Assembly: GCA_036002045.1 (NCBI GenBank)
Contig: DASYTT010000037.1
Coordinates: 39,608 to 103,607, forward strand
Source: Gemmatimonadales bacterium
GTDB taxonomy: Bacteria > Gemmatimonadota > Gemmatimonadetes > Gemmatimonadales > GWC2-71-9
Length of the DNA: 64,000 nt
Reading direction: 5' to 3'
Within the stretch, counting starts at the first letter, position 1, and every line of letters begins with the position of its first letter. This document shows, piece by piece, positions 38,448 through 47,983 of the stretch. The notes under the pieces are model-generated. The model made no database searches. It worked only from the letters and a program-made list of their open reading frames with translations, and had not been told where the DNA came from. The position numbers were made by a program, and so were the translations under genes.

Positions 38448-39487
38448 CGTTTCGCTGGTTCGGCGAGCAGGACAGCGTGACGCTCGAGCAGATCCGGCAG
38501 ATCCCCGGCATCACGGGAATCGTCAGCGCGCTGCATGAGCTGCCCGTCGGGGCAGTCTGGCCGCGAGAGCACGTCGAGCAACTGGCGGCAAGGATCGATC
38601 GGGCGGGACTCCGCCTCGCCGTGATCGAAAGCATCCCGGTGCACGAAGACATCAAGCTCGGGCGGCCTTCGCGCGACCAGCTGATCGAGCGCTATGTCGA
38701 GAGCATCCGGAGCCTGGGTTCGGCAGGAGTACCGGTGCTCTGCTACAACTTCATGCCCGTGTTCGACTGGATGCGCACTGATCTGGCGCTGGCGCTTCCC
38801 GACGGCTCGACCACGCTGGCGTTCGACGATGCGGTCCTGGCACAGATCGACCTCTCGCGCGGCACCGGGATGCTGCCCGGCTGGGCTGCCTCGTATGACG
38901 CTCGCGAGCTGCAGTCGCTCCTGGGCGCGTACGCCGAGCTGGGTGAGGAGCGCTTGTGGGAACACCTCGCGTACTTCCTCGAGCGCGTGGTGCCGGCCGC
39001 CGAATCCTGCGGCGTGCGGATGGCCCTGCATCCCGATGACCCGCCCTGGTCCATCTTCGGATTACCCCGGATCATCACGAACGCCGCAGCCTACGAGCGG
39101 GTGCTCGGTCTGGCCAACAGTCCTGCGAACGGCATCACGTTCTGCACTGGCTCGCTCGCTGCCCGTCCCGAGAACGACCTCCCGGCCATGGCACGCCACT
39201 TCGCCGCGCTGGGGAGGATTCACTTCGCGCATTGCCGCAACGTCCGGGTGACCGGAGTGCACCGCTTCCACGAGACTCCCCACCCGTCGGCGTGCGGGGA
39301 TGTCGATCTCGCGGCGGTGCTCGCCGCGTTGCGGGAGGGCGGCTTCGCCGGCCCGCTGCGCCCCGACCATGGCCGCATGATCTGGGGCGAACGAGGCCGC
39401 CCGGGGTACGGGCTCTACGATCGCGCGCTGGGCGCCACCTATCTGGCGGGTCTCTGGGAAGGTCTCGCACCCCGAGGTTCGGGATGA
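38438..39487 (+). CDS. uxuA: Mannonate dehydratase
   Basis: MQLTFRWFG...LEQIRQIPG...YNFMPVFDWMRTD...HPDDPP are UxuA signatures. Confidence 0.85.
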   Translation: MQLTFRWFGEQDSVTLEQIRQIPGITGIVSALHELPVGAVWPREHVEQLAARIDRAGLRLAVIESIPVHEDIKLGRPSRDQLIERYVESIRSLGSAGVPVLCYNFMPVFDWMRTDLALALPDGSTTLAFDDAVLAQIDLSRGTGMLPGWAASYDARELQSLLGAYAELGEERLWEHLAYFLERVVPAAESCGVRMALHPDDPPWSIFGLPRIITNAAAYERVLGLANSPANGITFCTGSLAARPENDLPAMARHFAALGRIHFAHCRNVRVTGVHRFHETPHPSACGDVDLAAVLAALREGGFAGPLRPDHGRMIWGERGRPGYGLYDRALGATYLAGLWEGLAPRGSG

Positions 39488-40761
39488 GCGAGCGACGGAT
39501 CGGCTACCGCTGGACCGTCGTGGCGCTGCTGTTCGTCGCGACGACGATCAACTATGTCGACCGCCAGGTGCTGGGGATTCTCGCGCCCACCCTGCAGCGC
39601 GAGCTCAAGTGGAGCGAAACCGATTACGGCAACATCGTCTCCTGGTTCAGCTTCGTGTACGCCTTCGGGTTCTTGCTGGCCGGGCGACTGCTGGACCGGA
39701 TCGGCGTCAAGCGGGGGCTCGGTGCCGCCGTGGTGGCCTGGTCCCTCGCCGCGATGGCCCACGCCCTGGTGCGGACCGCGGCCGGATTCTCGGTGGCGCG
39801 TGCGGCACTGGGGCTGGGAGAGTCGGCGATTTTTCCGGCGTCGATCAAGACGGTCGCCGAATGGTTTCCCCGGAAGGAACGCGCCCTGGCAGCGGGACTC
39901 TTCAACGCGGGAACCAACACCGGAGCGATCCTGGCGCCGCTCCTGGTTCCGGCAATCGCTCTGCGCTGGGGATGGCAGTGGGCGTTCCTGCTCACCGGGG
40001 CGCTGGGATTGCTGTGGCTGTTGCTCTGGATCCCGCTCTACCTTGCCCCTGCGTCGCATCCGCGCGTGTCGCCGGCAGAGCTCGCGTACATCCGGAGCGA
40101 CCCACCGGATGCAACCAGCGCTGCGGTGCCCTGGCTCGCGCTGCTGCGCTACCGGCAGACCTGGGCCTTCGCGGTGGGCAAGCTGCTGGCCGATCCCATC
40201 TGGTGGTTCTATCTCTATTGGCTCCCGAAGTTCCTGGACAGCAAATACGGGATCAAGCTGTCGGGCGTGGCGCTACCCCTGATCGCGGTGTACCTGATCG
40301 CCGACGTCGGCTCGATCGGGGGAGGCTGGTTCTCGAGCGCCCTGATCAAGCGGGGCTGGACGGTAAACCGCGCCCGCAAGACGGCGATGCTGGCCATGGC
40401 GCTGCTGATTGTCCCGACCGCTCTGGCTCCGCGCGCAGGCAGCATGTGGACCGCGGTACTGATCGTGGCGGTGGCGGCCGCGGCCCACCAGGCATGGTCC
40501 GCGAATGTGTATACCCTCGTGAGCGATATGTTTCCCCGGTCGGCGGTCGGATCAGTGGTCGGCATCGGGGCCTTCGCCGGCGCCATGGGCGGGGTGGTCT
40601 TTCAGCGGGTGATCGGCCGGGTGCTCGACGCCAACGGGCAGAACTACGCGCCGATCTTTCTCGTCTGTGGAGGAGCCTACCTCACCGCCTGGGTCATCAT
40701 TCAACTGATCGTGCCGCGACTCGAGCCAGCACCCGTCGCCCGCCAGACGGCCGCAGGCTGA
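39484..40761 (+). CDS. MFS transporter (hexuronate ExuT-like)
   Basis: 425 aa from ATG 39484 (ATGA overlap with uxuA). 12-TM pattern, INYVDRQVLG and DRIGVKRG motifs. Confidence 0.7.
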   Translation: MSERRIGYRWTVVALLFVATTINYVDRQVLGILAPTLQRELKWSETDYGNIVSWFSFVYAFGFLLAGRLLDRIGVKRGLGAAVVAWSLAAMAHALVRTAAGFSVARAALGLGESAIFPASIKTVAEWFPRKERALAAGLFNAGTNTGAILAPLLVPAIALRWGWQWAFLLTGALGLLWLLLWIPLYLAPASHPRVSPAELAYIRSDPPDATSAAVPWLALLRYRQTWAFAVGKLLADPIWWFYLYWLPKFLDSKYGIKLSGVALPLIAVYLIADVGSIGGGWFSSALIKRGWTVNRARKTAMLAMALLIVPTALAPRAGSMWTAVLIVAVAAAAHQAWSANVYTLVSDMFPRSAVGSVVGIGAFAGAMGGVVFQRVIGRVLDANGQNYAPIFLVCGGAYLTAWVIIQLIVPRLEPAPVARQTAAG

Positions 40762-40800
40762 GGCGGAGGGATCAGCACAGCATCGAGGAGTCGTCGAGCC

Positions 40801-41553
40801 ATGAAGCCATTTCTGTTCGCAACCGGCCTGCTTTGGGTGTGCGCTGCCACGGCGGGCGGACAGCCCAATACACTTTCCGCCGCCGAGCGCTCAGCCGGCT
40901 GGCAGCTCCTCTTCGACGGCCGGAGCCTCAAGGGGTGGCATGGGCTCGGATTCACTGAGGTCCCCCCCGGGCTCTGGACCGTCGAGGACGGCGCCATCAT
41001 GCACGTCCGCAACGGCAAGGGACCCGTGCAGGCGGACGGGCAGCCGCTCACCGGCATGGACCTCATCTCGGACAGCGCCTACCGGGATTTCGAGCTGAGC
41101 TGGGAGTGGAAGATCGCCGAGGCAGGCAACAGTGGGCTCAAATACAATGTTTCCGAACAGCTCTCGACCCAGATGGCGCCCGCGCACGCGGCCAAGGGCT
41201 GGGAATACCAGATCATTGACGACGAGAAAAACGAGGACAACAAGATCGCGTCCCACCGGTCCGGCGCCCTGTATGACTTGCTGCCGCCCGGCGGCAACAA
41301 GATGGTGAATCCCGCCGGCCAGTGGAACCGGTCCAGGATCGTCTTTCGGGGCAAGCACGGCGAGCACTGGCTCAACGGTGAGAAGATCGTCGAGTTCGAG
41401 CTGGGTAGCGCGACGTTCGATTCCGCGTTTGCAAAGAGTAAGTACAGCAAGTACCCGGCCTGGTTCGCGGTCCGCCGCAAGGGCCAGATCGTGCTGCAGG
41501 ATCACGGGGACGCCGTGTGGTTCCGGGATCTCAAGCTGAGGGAGCTCAAGTAG
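40801..41553 (+). CDS. Secreted DUF1080 (3-keto-disaccharide hydrolase-like, concanavalin-fold) protein
   Basis: Signal peptide. Blocks GWQLLFDGRSLKGW, F.L..EWKI..GNSG, EYQI.DD and the C-terminal I.LQDHGD.VWFR..K...L, typical of DUF1080. Confidence 0.65.
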   Translation: MKPFLFATGLLWVCAATAGGQPNTLSAAERSAGWQLLFDGRSLKGWHGLGFTEVPPGLWTVEDGAIMHVRNGKGPVQADGQPLTGMDLISDSAYRDFELSWEWKIAEAGNSGLKYNVSEQLSTQMAPAHAAKGWEYQIIDDEKNEDNKIASHRSGALYDLLPPGGNKMVNPAGQWNRSRIVFRGKHGEHWLNGEKIVEFELGSATFDSAFAKSKYSKYPAWFAVRRKGQIVLQDHGDAVWFRDLKLRELK

Positions 41554-41580
41554 CCGGGGCACTCGTACCGCGAGGACGCC

Positions 41581-42918
41581 ATGAAACGCAAGGAACGCAA
41601 GATCAAGCGGAGAGATTTCGTCAAGACGACCGCGGCAGCGGGGCTGTTCATGGCCGGGCGGCAACCCGGGCCGCTCTTCGTGCTGAATGGCTCTCCCAGC
41701 GAGAAGGTGCTGGTCGGGGTCATCGGCGTGAACAGCCGGGGGATCGTGCACGCACAGAACTTTGCGAAGCTCGCGAATTCCCAGGTCGCGTATATCTGCG
41801 ACGTCGACAGCAGTGTCACGGGCAAAGCGGTTGCCGCCGCGGGGAAGGGACAGACTGCGGCCGTGAAGGTGAGCGGGGATTTTCGCCGGGTGCTGGACGA
41901 CAAGACGGTCGATGCGATTGCCATCGCCACGCCGGATCACTGGCATGCGCCCATGACGATCCTGGCGTTGCAGGCCGGGAAACACGTCTATCTCGAGAAG
42001 CCGAGCGGGCACGACCCCCGGGAGGATGAGCTGCTGATCGACGCGGTCCGCAAATACCCTCTTCAGGTCCAGCTCGGCACCCAGCGCCGCTCGGGGCCGC
42101 GCTTCTTCGAAGCCATCCAGGCGGTCAAAGACGGCGCGATCGGACGGCCCTACCTCGCGCGGGCCTGGTATGCGAACACGCGCCGGGGCATTGGCAAAGG
42201 CGCCCCCGCGCCGGTGCCGGCCAACCTGGACTTCGAGCTCTGGCAGGGCCCCGCACCACGGACCGAGTACCGTGACAACATCGTACACTACAACTGGCAC
42301 TGGTTCACCCGCTGGGGGACCGGCGAGATCTGTAACAACGGCACCCACGAGATCGACGTGGCCCGCTGGATCCTCGGCGTCGATTATCCAACCTCGGTGT
42401 ACTCGATCGGCGGGCGCTATCACTTCGAAGATGACTGGGAATTCCCCGATACTCAGGAAGCCGTCTTCGAGTTCGAGGGAGGGAAGTCCATCATCTGGCA
42501 CGGCCAGAGCTGCAACGGCTTGCCGATGCACGGCCGAGTGCGGGGGACCAGCATCCTGGGCACCGCCGGCAGCCTGGTGATCGATCAGGACGGCTGGGTG
42601 ATCAGCGATCTCAAGAACAAGCCCGTCAAGGAATCGGTGGCGGCGGCGCAGGGCGACGCGCTCAACCCGACGGGCGATGACGCGCTGACGGAACTGCACA
42701 TGCAGAATTTCCTGGCCGCCATCCGGACGGGAGCCGTCCTGAGCGCGCCGATCGCCGACGGGGCGAAGACCGGCTTGCTATGCCACCTCGGCACGATCGC
42801 CCAGCAGACGGGCCGCAAGCTCAGCACCGACCCGAAGAGCGGACGGATCCTGGGGGACGAAGCAGCCGCCAAGCTCTGGTCGCGCAGCTACGCGCCGGGA
42901 TGGGCTCCGGCGGTGTGA
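41581..42918 (+). CDS. Gfo/Idh/MocA-family oxidoreductase with a twin-arginine (TAT) signal
   Basis: KRRDFVKTTAAAGLF TAT motif. Rossmann block VGVIGVNSRG and the EKP motif (VYLEKPSG). Confidence 0.8.
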   Translation: MKRKERKIKRRDFVKTTAAAGLFMAGRQPGPLFVLNGSPSEKVLVGVIGVNSRGIVHAQNFAKLANSQVAYICDVDSSVTGKAVAAAGKGQTAAVKVSGDFRRVLDDKTVDAIAIATPDHWHAPMTILALQAGKHVYLEKPSGHDPREDELLIDAVRKYPLQVQLGTQRRSGPRFFEAIQAVKDGAIGRPYLARAWYANTRRGIGKGAPAPVPANLDFELWQGPAPRTEYRDNIVHYNWHWFTRWGTGEICNNGTHEIDVARWILGVDYPTSVYSIGGRYHFEDDWEFPDTQEAVFEFEGGKSIIWHGQSCNGLPMHGRVRGTSILGTAGSLVIDQDGWVISDLKNKPVKESVAAAQGDALNPTGDDALTELHMQNFLAAIRTGAVLSAPIADGAKTGLLCHLGTIAQQTGRKLSTDPKSGRILGDEAAAKLWSRSYAPGWAPAV

Positions 42919-44387
42919 CTCGCCAGGAAGGAGAGGCGCTCGTCCTGCACGAGGATCGCTATTTCGATCCCGACTCCGAAGTGCGGCGCATTGCCCGCGA
43001 GCTGTACGCCTCCACCCGTGGGCTGCCAATCGTCTCTCCGCACGGACACGTCGACCCGGCGCTGCTGGCGGAGAACGCGCCGTTTCCGGAGCCCACCGCC
43101 CTCCTCGTCACGCCCGATCACTACATCCATCGCCTGCTGTACTCCCGCGGCGTGTCGCTCGAGTTGCTGGGGATCCCGCGCCGGGACGGCACCCCGGTCG
43201 AGGCAGATCCCCGCCGAGTCTGGCAGCGGTTTGCCGCGCATTACCACCTCTTCGCCGCGACACCCACGGGAGCCTGGCTCGATCACCAGCTGCACGAACT
43301 TTTCGGCGTTCGGCAACGACTGGGGCCCGAGACCGCGGTGCGGATCTACGACCAGATCACCGAGCGACTGCGCTCCCCGGAGTTTCTCCCGCGCGCCCTG
43401 TTCGAACGCTTCAACCTCGAGGTGCTGGCGACCACCGACGGGGCGGCGGATTCGCTGGAGCATCATGCGGCGATAGCGGCGTCGGGCTGGCCAGGCCTGG
43501 TGATTCCCACCTTCCGGCCCGATGCGGTGTTCCGGCTGGCCGACGCGGGATGGCAGCGGGCGCTCTCCGCCCTTGCCGCAGTGTCGGGCTCGGCGATCGA
43601 CAGCTACGCGGCGCTGCTCAGCGCGCTGGAATCGAGGCGCCGTTTCTTCAAACGGCTGGGCGCCACCGCCACCGATCACGCCGCCCTGGAGCCCTACACC
43701 GCGATCCTGGCAAGGGAGGAAGCCGAGCGACTCTTCCAACGTGGCTTGCGGGCTGAGGCAACCCTGGAGGACCAGCGGCGCTTCGAGGCCGCACTGCTCT
43801 TCGAAATGGCCCGCATGTCGCTCAACGACGGACTGGTGATGCAGCTCCACGCGGGCGCCTTTCGGAATCACAACCAGCAGCTTTACGAGCGCTTCGGTCC
43901 CGACCGAGGCGGTGACATCCCCGTGGTCACGGAATGGACCCGCAACCTCCGGCCCCTGCTCAACGCGTTCGGCAATGACGACCGTTTCACGCTCATTCTC
44001 TTCACGCTGGACGAATCGGGTTACAGCCGGGAGCTGGCACCGCTGGCCGGCCATTATCCGGCGGTGCGCCTGGGCCCGCCCTGGTGGTTCCACGACTCGA
44101 TCGAGGGCATGACCCGCTTTCGGGAAGCAACCAGCGAGACCGCCGGCATTCACAACACGGTGGGCTTCAATGACGATACTCGCGCCTTCTGCTCGATTCC
44201 GGCGCGACACGATCTCTCACGACGGGTTGACGCCAACTGGCTGGCGCGGCTGGTTGCGCGGCATGTGATCTCGAGCAAAGAGGCCCAGGCGCTGGCACGC
44301 GCGCTCGCCTATGAGCTGGCCAAAGAGGCCTATCGGCTGGAGGCGCGCCCCTCGGGAACCCTCGTCGCCGGAGAGGTACCGCCTTAG
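42915..44387 (+). CDS. uxaC: Glucuronate (uronate) isomerase
   Basis: LPIVSPHGHVDP, the HLD-type amidohydrolase-fold blocks and WWF.DS are typical of UxaC. Start provisionally GTG 42915 (GTGA overlap); ATG 42900 is also possible. Confidence 0.75.
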   Translation: MTRQEGEALVLHEDRYFDPDSEVRRIARELYASTRGLPIVSPHGHVDPALLAENAPFPEPTALLVTPDHYIHRLLYSRGVSLELLGIPRRDGTPVEADPRRVWQRFAAHYHLFAATPTGAWLDHQLHELFGVRQRLGPETAVRIYDQITERLRSPEFLPRALFERFNLEVLATTDGAADSLEHHAAIAASGWPGLVIPTFRPDAVFRLADAGWQRALSALAAVSGSAIDSYAALLSALESRRRFFKRLGATATDHAALEPYTAILAREEAERLFQRGLRAEATLEDQRRFEAALLFEMARMSLNDGLVMQLHAGAFRNHNQQLYERFGPDRGGDIPVVTEWTRNLRPLLNAFGNDDRFTLILFTLDESGYSRELAPLAGHYPAVRLGPPWWFHDSIEGMTRFREATSETAGIHNTVGFNDDTRAFCSIPARHDLSRRVDANWLARLVARHVISSKEAQALARALAYELAKEAYRLEARPSGTLVAGEVPP

Positions 44388-44398
44388 ACTTAAGGCCG

Positions 44399-44481
44399 GC
44401 CCGAGTGGCGGAATGGCAGACGCAGCGGACTCAAAATCCGCCGGGGGCAACCCCGTGCGAGTTCGACTCTCGCCTCGGGCA
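44399..44481 (+). tRNA. tRNA-Leu (anticodon CAA), type II with a long variable arm
   Basis: I folded the cloverleaf by hand. Acceptor GCCCGAG/CTCGGGC, anticodon stem GCGGA/TCCGC with loop CT-CAA-AA, variable arm CGGGGGCAACCCCGT, T arm GCGAG-TTCGACT-CTCGC, discriminator A. No CCA is encoded. Confidence 0.9.
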
Positions 44482-44485
44482 TGGT

Positions 44486-44595
44486 GGCTATGGGCTATGG
44501 GCTATGGGCTGTTGGTCGAAAAAACGTTGTTGCGAGCACTGGAACCCGAGCTACAAGGAGCAGCCGATAGCCCATAGCCCATAGCTCATAGCTCC
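44486..44595. repeat. Heptamer-array hairpin, element C (GGCTATG / TAGCCCA units)
   Basis: Left arm is GGCTATG x3 plus GGCTGTT at 44486-44513. Right arm is CAGCCGA TAGCCCA TAGCCCA TAGCTCA TAGCTCC at 44561-44595. Positions 44491-44511 pair with 44561-44581 (21 bp, one mismatch). The loop is about 49 nt. The element starts 5 nt after the tRNA 3' end. Confidence 0.9.
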
Positions 44596-44625
44596 ATTAC
44601 GTTCCGTCCTTTCCACCCCGACTCA

Positions 44626-46101
44626 ATGCTCGAAACCCAAGTCATTTCCGCGGCACCTGAGGCGCATGCTACGCCGCTCCTCATCGTCGTGGTGCCTCAG
44701 GGAGGACAGCTCGGATCGCTCACGGCCCTCGACCAGGCCAGCCAGGGCGCGATCACCCGCTGCTACGCTGCGGGAGACTTCGTCGGCAAGAAGGACGAGA
44801 CGGCGTTGCTCTATCCGGAAGGACCCCGCCCTCGCCTGCTATTGGTCGGAATCGGTTCGACCGAGGACCGCCGCTCCGCGATTCGCCGCGCAGCGGCGAT
44901 CGGGTCAAAGCGCGCTCGCACGCTCGGGGTGGGTAGCGCCGCCTTGTTCGTCACGCCGGAGGCGCTCGGCACGCTCTCAGCGCGCGAGCTCGGGCAGGTC
45001 GTCGCGGAGGGGGTGGCCCTGGGCGGCTGGCACTTTGCGGAGCTCAAGCAGCCGCCCGAAGACCAGAAGCCGCCGTTCGAACGGATGGAGCTGCTCGCGA
45101 CCCTGAGCCCGGATGAGGTGCGCGAGGGCCATCGCGTCGGCGCCGCAATTTCCGCGGGGCACCTCTTCTGCCGGGGACTCCAGGTATTGCCGGGCAATCA
45201 CCTCCCGCCGCGGAAGCTCGCGGAAGCGGCGGTGGAGCTGGCTCGGCGGCACGGTCACACGATCTCCATTCTGGACAAGGCGGGCATCGAGCAGGAAGGC
45301 ATGGGAGCCCTCCTCGCGGTGGCGCAGGGAAGCGCCGAAGAACCGCGCTTCATTGCGATCGAGTACCACGGCAGCGAGGGGGCGCCTGTCGTACTGGTCG
45401 GCAAAGGCGTCTCGTTCGATACGGGTGGGATCTCCATCAAGCCGGCGCAGGGCATGGAGGACATGAAATACGACATGTCCGGGGCGGCGGCGGTCCTGGG
45501 CACCTTCGAGATGCTGGGCAAGCTGCGGCCCAAGCTCAAGGTCATCGGGCTGATTCCTTCCGCGGAGAACATGCCTTCCGCGAGCGCCATCAAGCCGGGG
45601 GACGTGGTGAAGAGTCACCTCGGCAAGTTCATCGAGATCGTCAATACCGATGCAGAGGGCCGCTTGCTGCTCGCCGATGCGCTCTCTTATGCGCGCCGCT
45701 ACACCCCGGCCTGCGCGATCGATATCGCGACGCTGACCGGCGCCATCACCATCGGGCTGGGGCATACGGCGGCCGGTCTCATGGGCACCGATGCCGCGCT
45801 GATCCGGGATCTGCTGGCGGCGGGGCAGCGGGCCAACGAGCGTGCCTGGGAGCTGCCGCTGTGGGAGGAATACCGCGAGCTCAACAAGTCGGACATCGCC
45901 GACGTGAAGAACACCGGAGGCCGGGCAGCCGGGAGCATCAGCGCGGGCTGGTTCCTGCGCGAATTCGTGGATGGCTTCCCCTGGGCGCACCTGGATATCG
46001 CGGGAACCGCCTACACCGAGCGCGAGGATGCCGCGATGGTGAAGGGGCCGACCGGGATGGGTGTCCGACTCTTCAGCGAGTTTCTCCTCGCCCGAGTGTG
46101 A
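44626..46101 (+). CDS. pepA: Leucyl aminopeptidase (M17)
   Basis: M17 blocks VGKGVSFDTGGISIKP, NTDAEGRL and TLTGA. Confidence 0.9.
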   Translation: MLETQVISAAPEAHATPLLIVVVPQGGQLGSLTALDQASQGAITRCYAAGDFVGKKDETALLYPEGPRPRLLLVGIGSTEDRRSAIRRAAAIGSKRARTLGVGSAALFVTPEALGTLSARELGQVVAEGVALGGWHFAELKQPPEDQKPPFERMELLATLSPDEVREGHRVGAAISAGHLFCRGLQVLPGNHLPPRKLAEAAVELARRHGHTISILDKAGIEQEGMGALLAVAQGSAEEPRFIAIEYHGSEGAPVVLVGKGVSFDTGGISIKPAQGMEDMKYDMSGAAAVLGTFEMLGKLRPKLKVIGLIPSAENMPSASAIKPGDVVKSHLGKFIEIVNTDAEGRLLLADALSYARRYTPACAIDIATLTGAITIGLGHTAAGLMGTDAALIRDLLAAGQRANERAWELPLWEEYRELNKSDIADVKNTGGRAAGSISAGWFLREFVDGFPWAHLDIAGTAYTEREDAAMVKGPTGMGVRLFSEFLLARV

Positions 46102-47981
46102 GCCGCGCCCTCTTCGCGGCGGCGCTGCTGTTCGCCGCGGGGGTCGCCCGGCTCGAGGCGCAAGTGGTCGATACCACCCGGGCGGATTCGCTGGCCCGGG
46201 CCGACACGACCGATTACACGGCGCTCTTCCTCAAGTCTCAACAAGAATCCAAGCGACTCATTCCCGTCGCCCCGCGGATCGGCGCAGCGACCCTGCTGCC
46301 GCCGGGCAGCCGCATGGTTCTGGATCGGGATTCCATCCTGTGGCACGGGGCGGAAACCGTGAGCGACCTGCTGACCCGCGTACCGGGAGTCTATTTGCTG
46401 CGAGGGGGCTGGGCGGGCCGTCCCGAGCTGCCGGCCTTTCAGGCCCACGGCGCCACCTCGGTGAGCTACGTGCTGGACGGCTTTCCCATCGTCCCGCTGG
46501 GGCAGGACAGTGTGATGGTCGACCCGTCCCTGCTGCCGCTCAGCTTCCTCGATCGGATCGAGATCGAGCGGATTCCCGGGCAGCTTAAGGTGTGGCTCTT
46601 CACGCGGCGCAACGATCGCAGCGCGCCGTACAGCAGCATCGGCATCGCCAGCGGGGATTTGCAGATAGCGCGCTACCAAGGCCAGCTGGAGAAGCGCAGC
46701 GCAAGAGGACCGGGCGTGGCACTGGCGTTCGACCATTTCGACGTGCCTGCGCAGCAGGGACAGCTGGGGAACTACGGGAACACGCAGGCCTGGATCAGGC
46801 TGGAGTATCTGCGCAACGCGCACGCCGGCGCCGAGCTGCAATTCTTCCGCAACTCGCCCGAGCGCGAGCCGGTTCTCACAGAGGGCTCGACGGGAGATAC
46901 GCTGAGCCGCGCCCGCTCGGGGACCCGCGGCGACCTCACCGCGCGGATCTTCCTGGCACCGGGCGACAATGGACTCGGGCCGAGTCTGGACGTCCTGGCG
47001 AGTCGCTCGAGCTGGACCGACGATATCGAGAAGGACTCGACGCGCATTATCGCCGATGTGCTCGACTCCCTGGGGAACGTGACGGGCCAGGACACCAGCT
47101 ACCAAATCGACAAGCATCATCGCGCGGTGACCCAGCTCGGAGCGGTGGCGGGTTACCGGCTGCCCGCCGCCTGGCTCGTCGGCACGCTCTTCTGGCGCTC
47201 GGCCTGGACGCCGTTGGATTTGAGAGTGCAGGGCGCCGTGTCGCCCTTCTCCCGCATCACGCTGAGCGCGGACGCGGTCTATCTGCGGCACGAAGCATCC
47301 CGTCACAGCCAATGGCTTACGGCGCGCGCCGGGCTCCTGCTCCCGCTGGGTTTCGCGGCGAGCGCCGTCTGGCGCAGGGGCAGCGAGGTCACGGTCCCGG
47401 CCATTCGCGCCGATTCGGCGCAGACGGTCGACGACCGCAGCGTGAGCCTCGCCTGGCGGACCTCTTTCGCCGAGCTGGAAGGGACCTTTTCCAGCAACGC
47501 AGGGTTTCAGCCCACCGGCTACGCGCAGTATCCGGCATTGGTGAGCCTGGCTCCCAGCGGCAGAACCAATTGGCTGAGCCTGAGCGGACGCATTGCCCCG
47601 CGTCAATGGCTCAGTGTGAGCGGATGGTACAACACGCCACGGGCTCCGCGCCCTGAAGGACAGCCGCCCGGCCACGCGCTGGTGCACGCCACCATCCAAA
47701 GCAAGTTTCTTCCGACCTTCAAGAGCGGGATCTTCAACCTGAAGCTGCAAGTGAGTCTCGAGCGCTGGGGTGCCGGGATTCTGGGGCGCGATAGCACCGG
47801 AACCGAGCTGACCCTGCCGGCGGCGACCTTCTATCGTGGCTACATCGGACTCCAGCTCGGCAGGTTTACCGCCTACTACGACCGCTACAACATGCAGGGG
47901 AGCACATTCAGCTATGTGCCCGGGCTGCCCATCCCGAAGTACGTGAGCACCTTTGGGGTGCGCTGGGAGTTCGCTAACTGA
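46098..47981 (+). CDS. Outer-membrane beta-barrel protein with a TonB-dependent-receptor plug-like N-terminal domain
   Basis: Start at GTG 46098 (GTGA overlap with pepA). Signal peptide. Plug-like block TVSDLLTRVPGVYL...SYVLDGFPI...IERIEIERIPG. The long C-terminal part has alternating (beta-strand-like) residues and ends RWEFAN. Confidence 0.55.
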   Translation: MSRALFAAALLFAAGVARLEAQVVDTTRADSLARADTTDYTALFLKSQQESKRLIPVAPRIGAATLLPPGSRMVLDRDSILWHGAETVSDLLTRVPGVYLLRGGWAGRPELPAFQAHGATSVSYVLDGFPIVPLGQDSVMVDPSLLPLSFLDRIEIERIPGQLKVWLFTRRNDRSAPYSSIGIASGDLQIARYQGQLEKRSARGPGVALAFDHFDVPAQQGQLGNYGNTQAWIRLEYLRNAHAGAELQFFRNSPEREPVLTEGSTGDTLSRARSGTRGDLTARIFLAPGDNGLGPSLDVLASRSSWTDDIEKDSTRIIADVLDSLGNVTGQDTSYQIDKHHRAVTQLGAVAGYRLPAAWLVGTLFWRSAWTPLDLRVQGAVSPFSRITLSADAVYLRHEASRHSQWLTARAGLLLPLGFAASAVWRRGSEVTVPAIRADSAQTVDDRSVSLAWRTSFAELEGTFSSNAGFQPTGYAQYPALVSLAPSGRTNWLSLSGRIAPRQWLSVSGWYNTPRAPRPEGQPPGHALVHATIQSKFLPTFKSGIFNLKLQVSLERWGAGILGRDSTGTELTLPAATFYRGYIGLQLGRFTAYYDRYNMQGSTFSYVPGLPIPKYVSTFGVRWEFAN

Positions 47982-47983
47982 AA

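Noticed and set aside
44388-44625. Integrated mobile element at tRNA-Leu
   Set aside because: There is no integrase or recombinase, no duplicated tRNA 3' fragment, and the next gene (pepA) is core metabolism. Only the heptamer hairpin is present.
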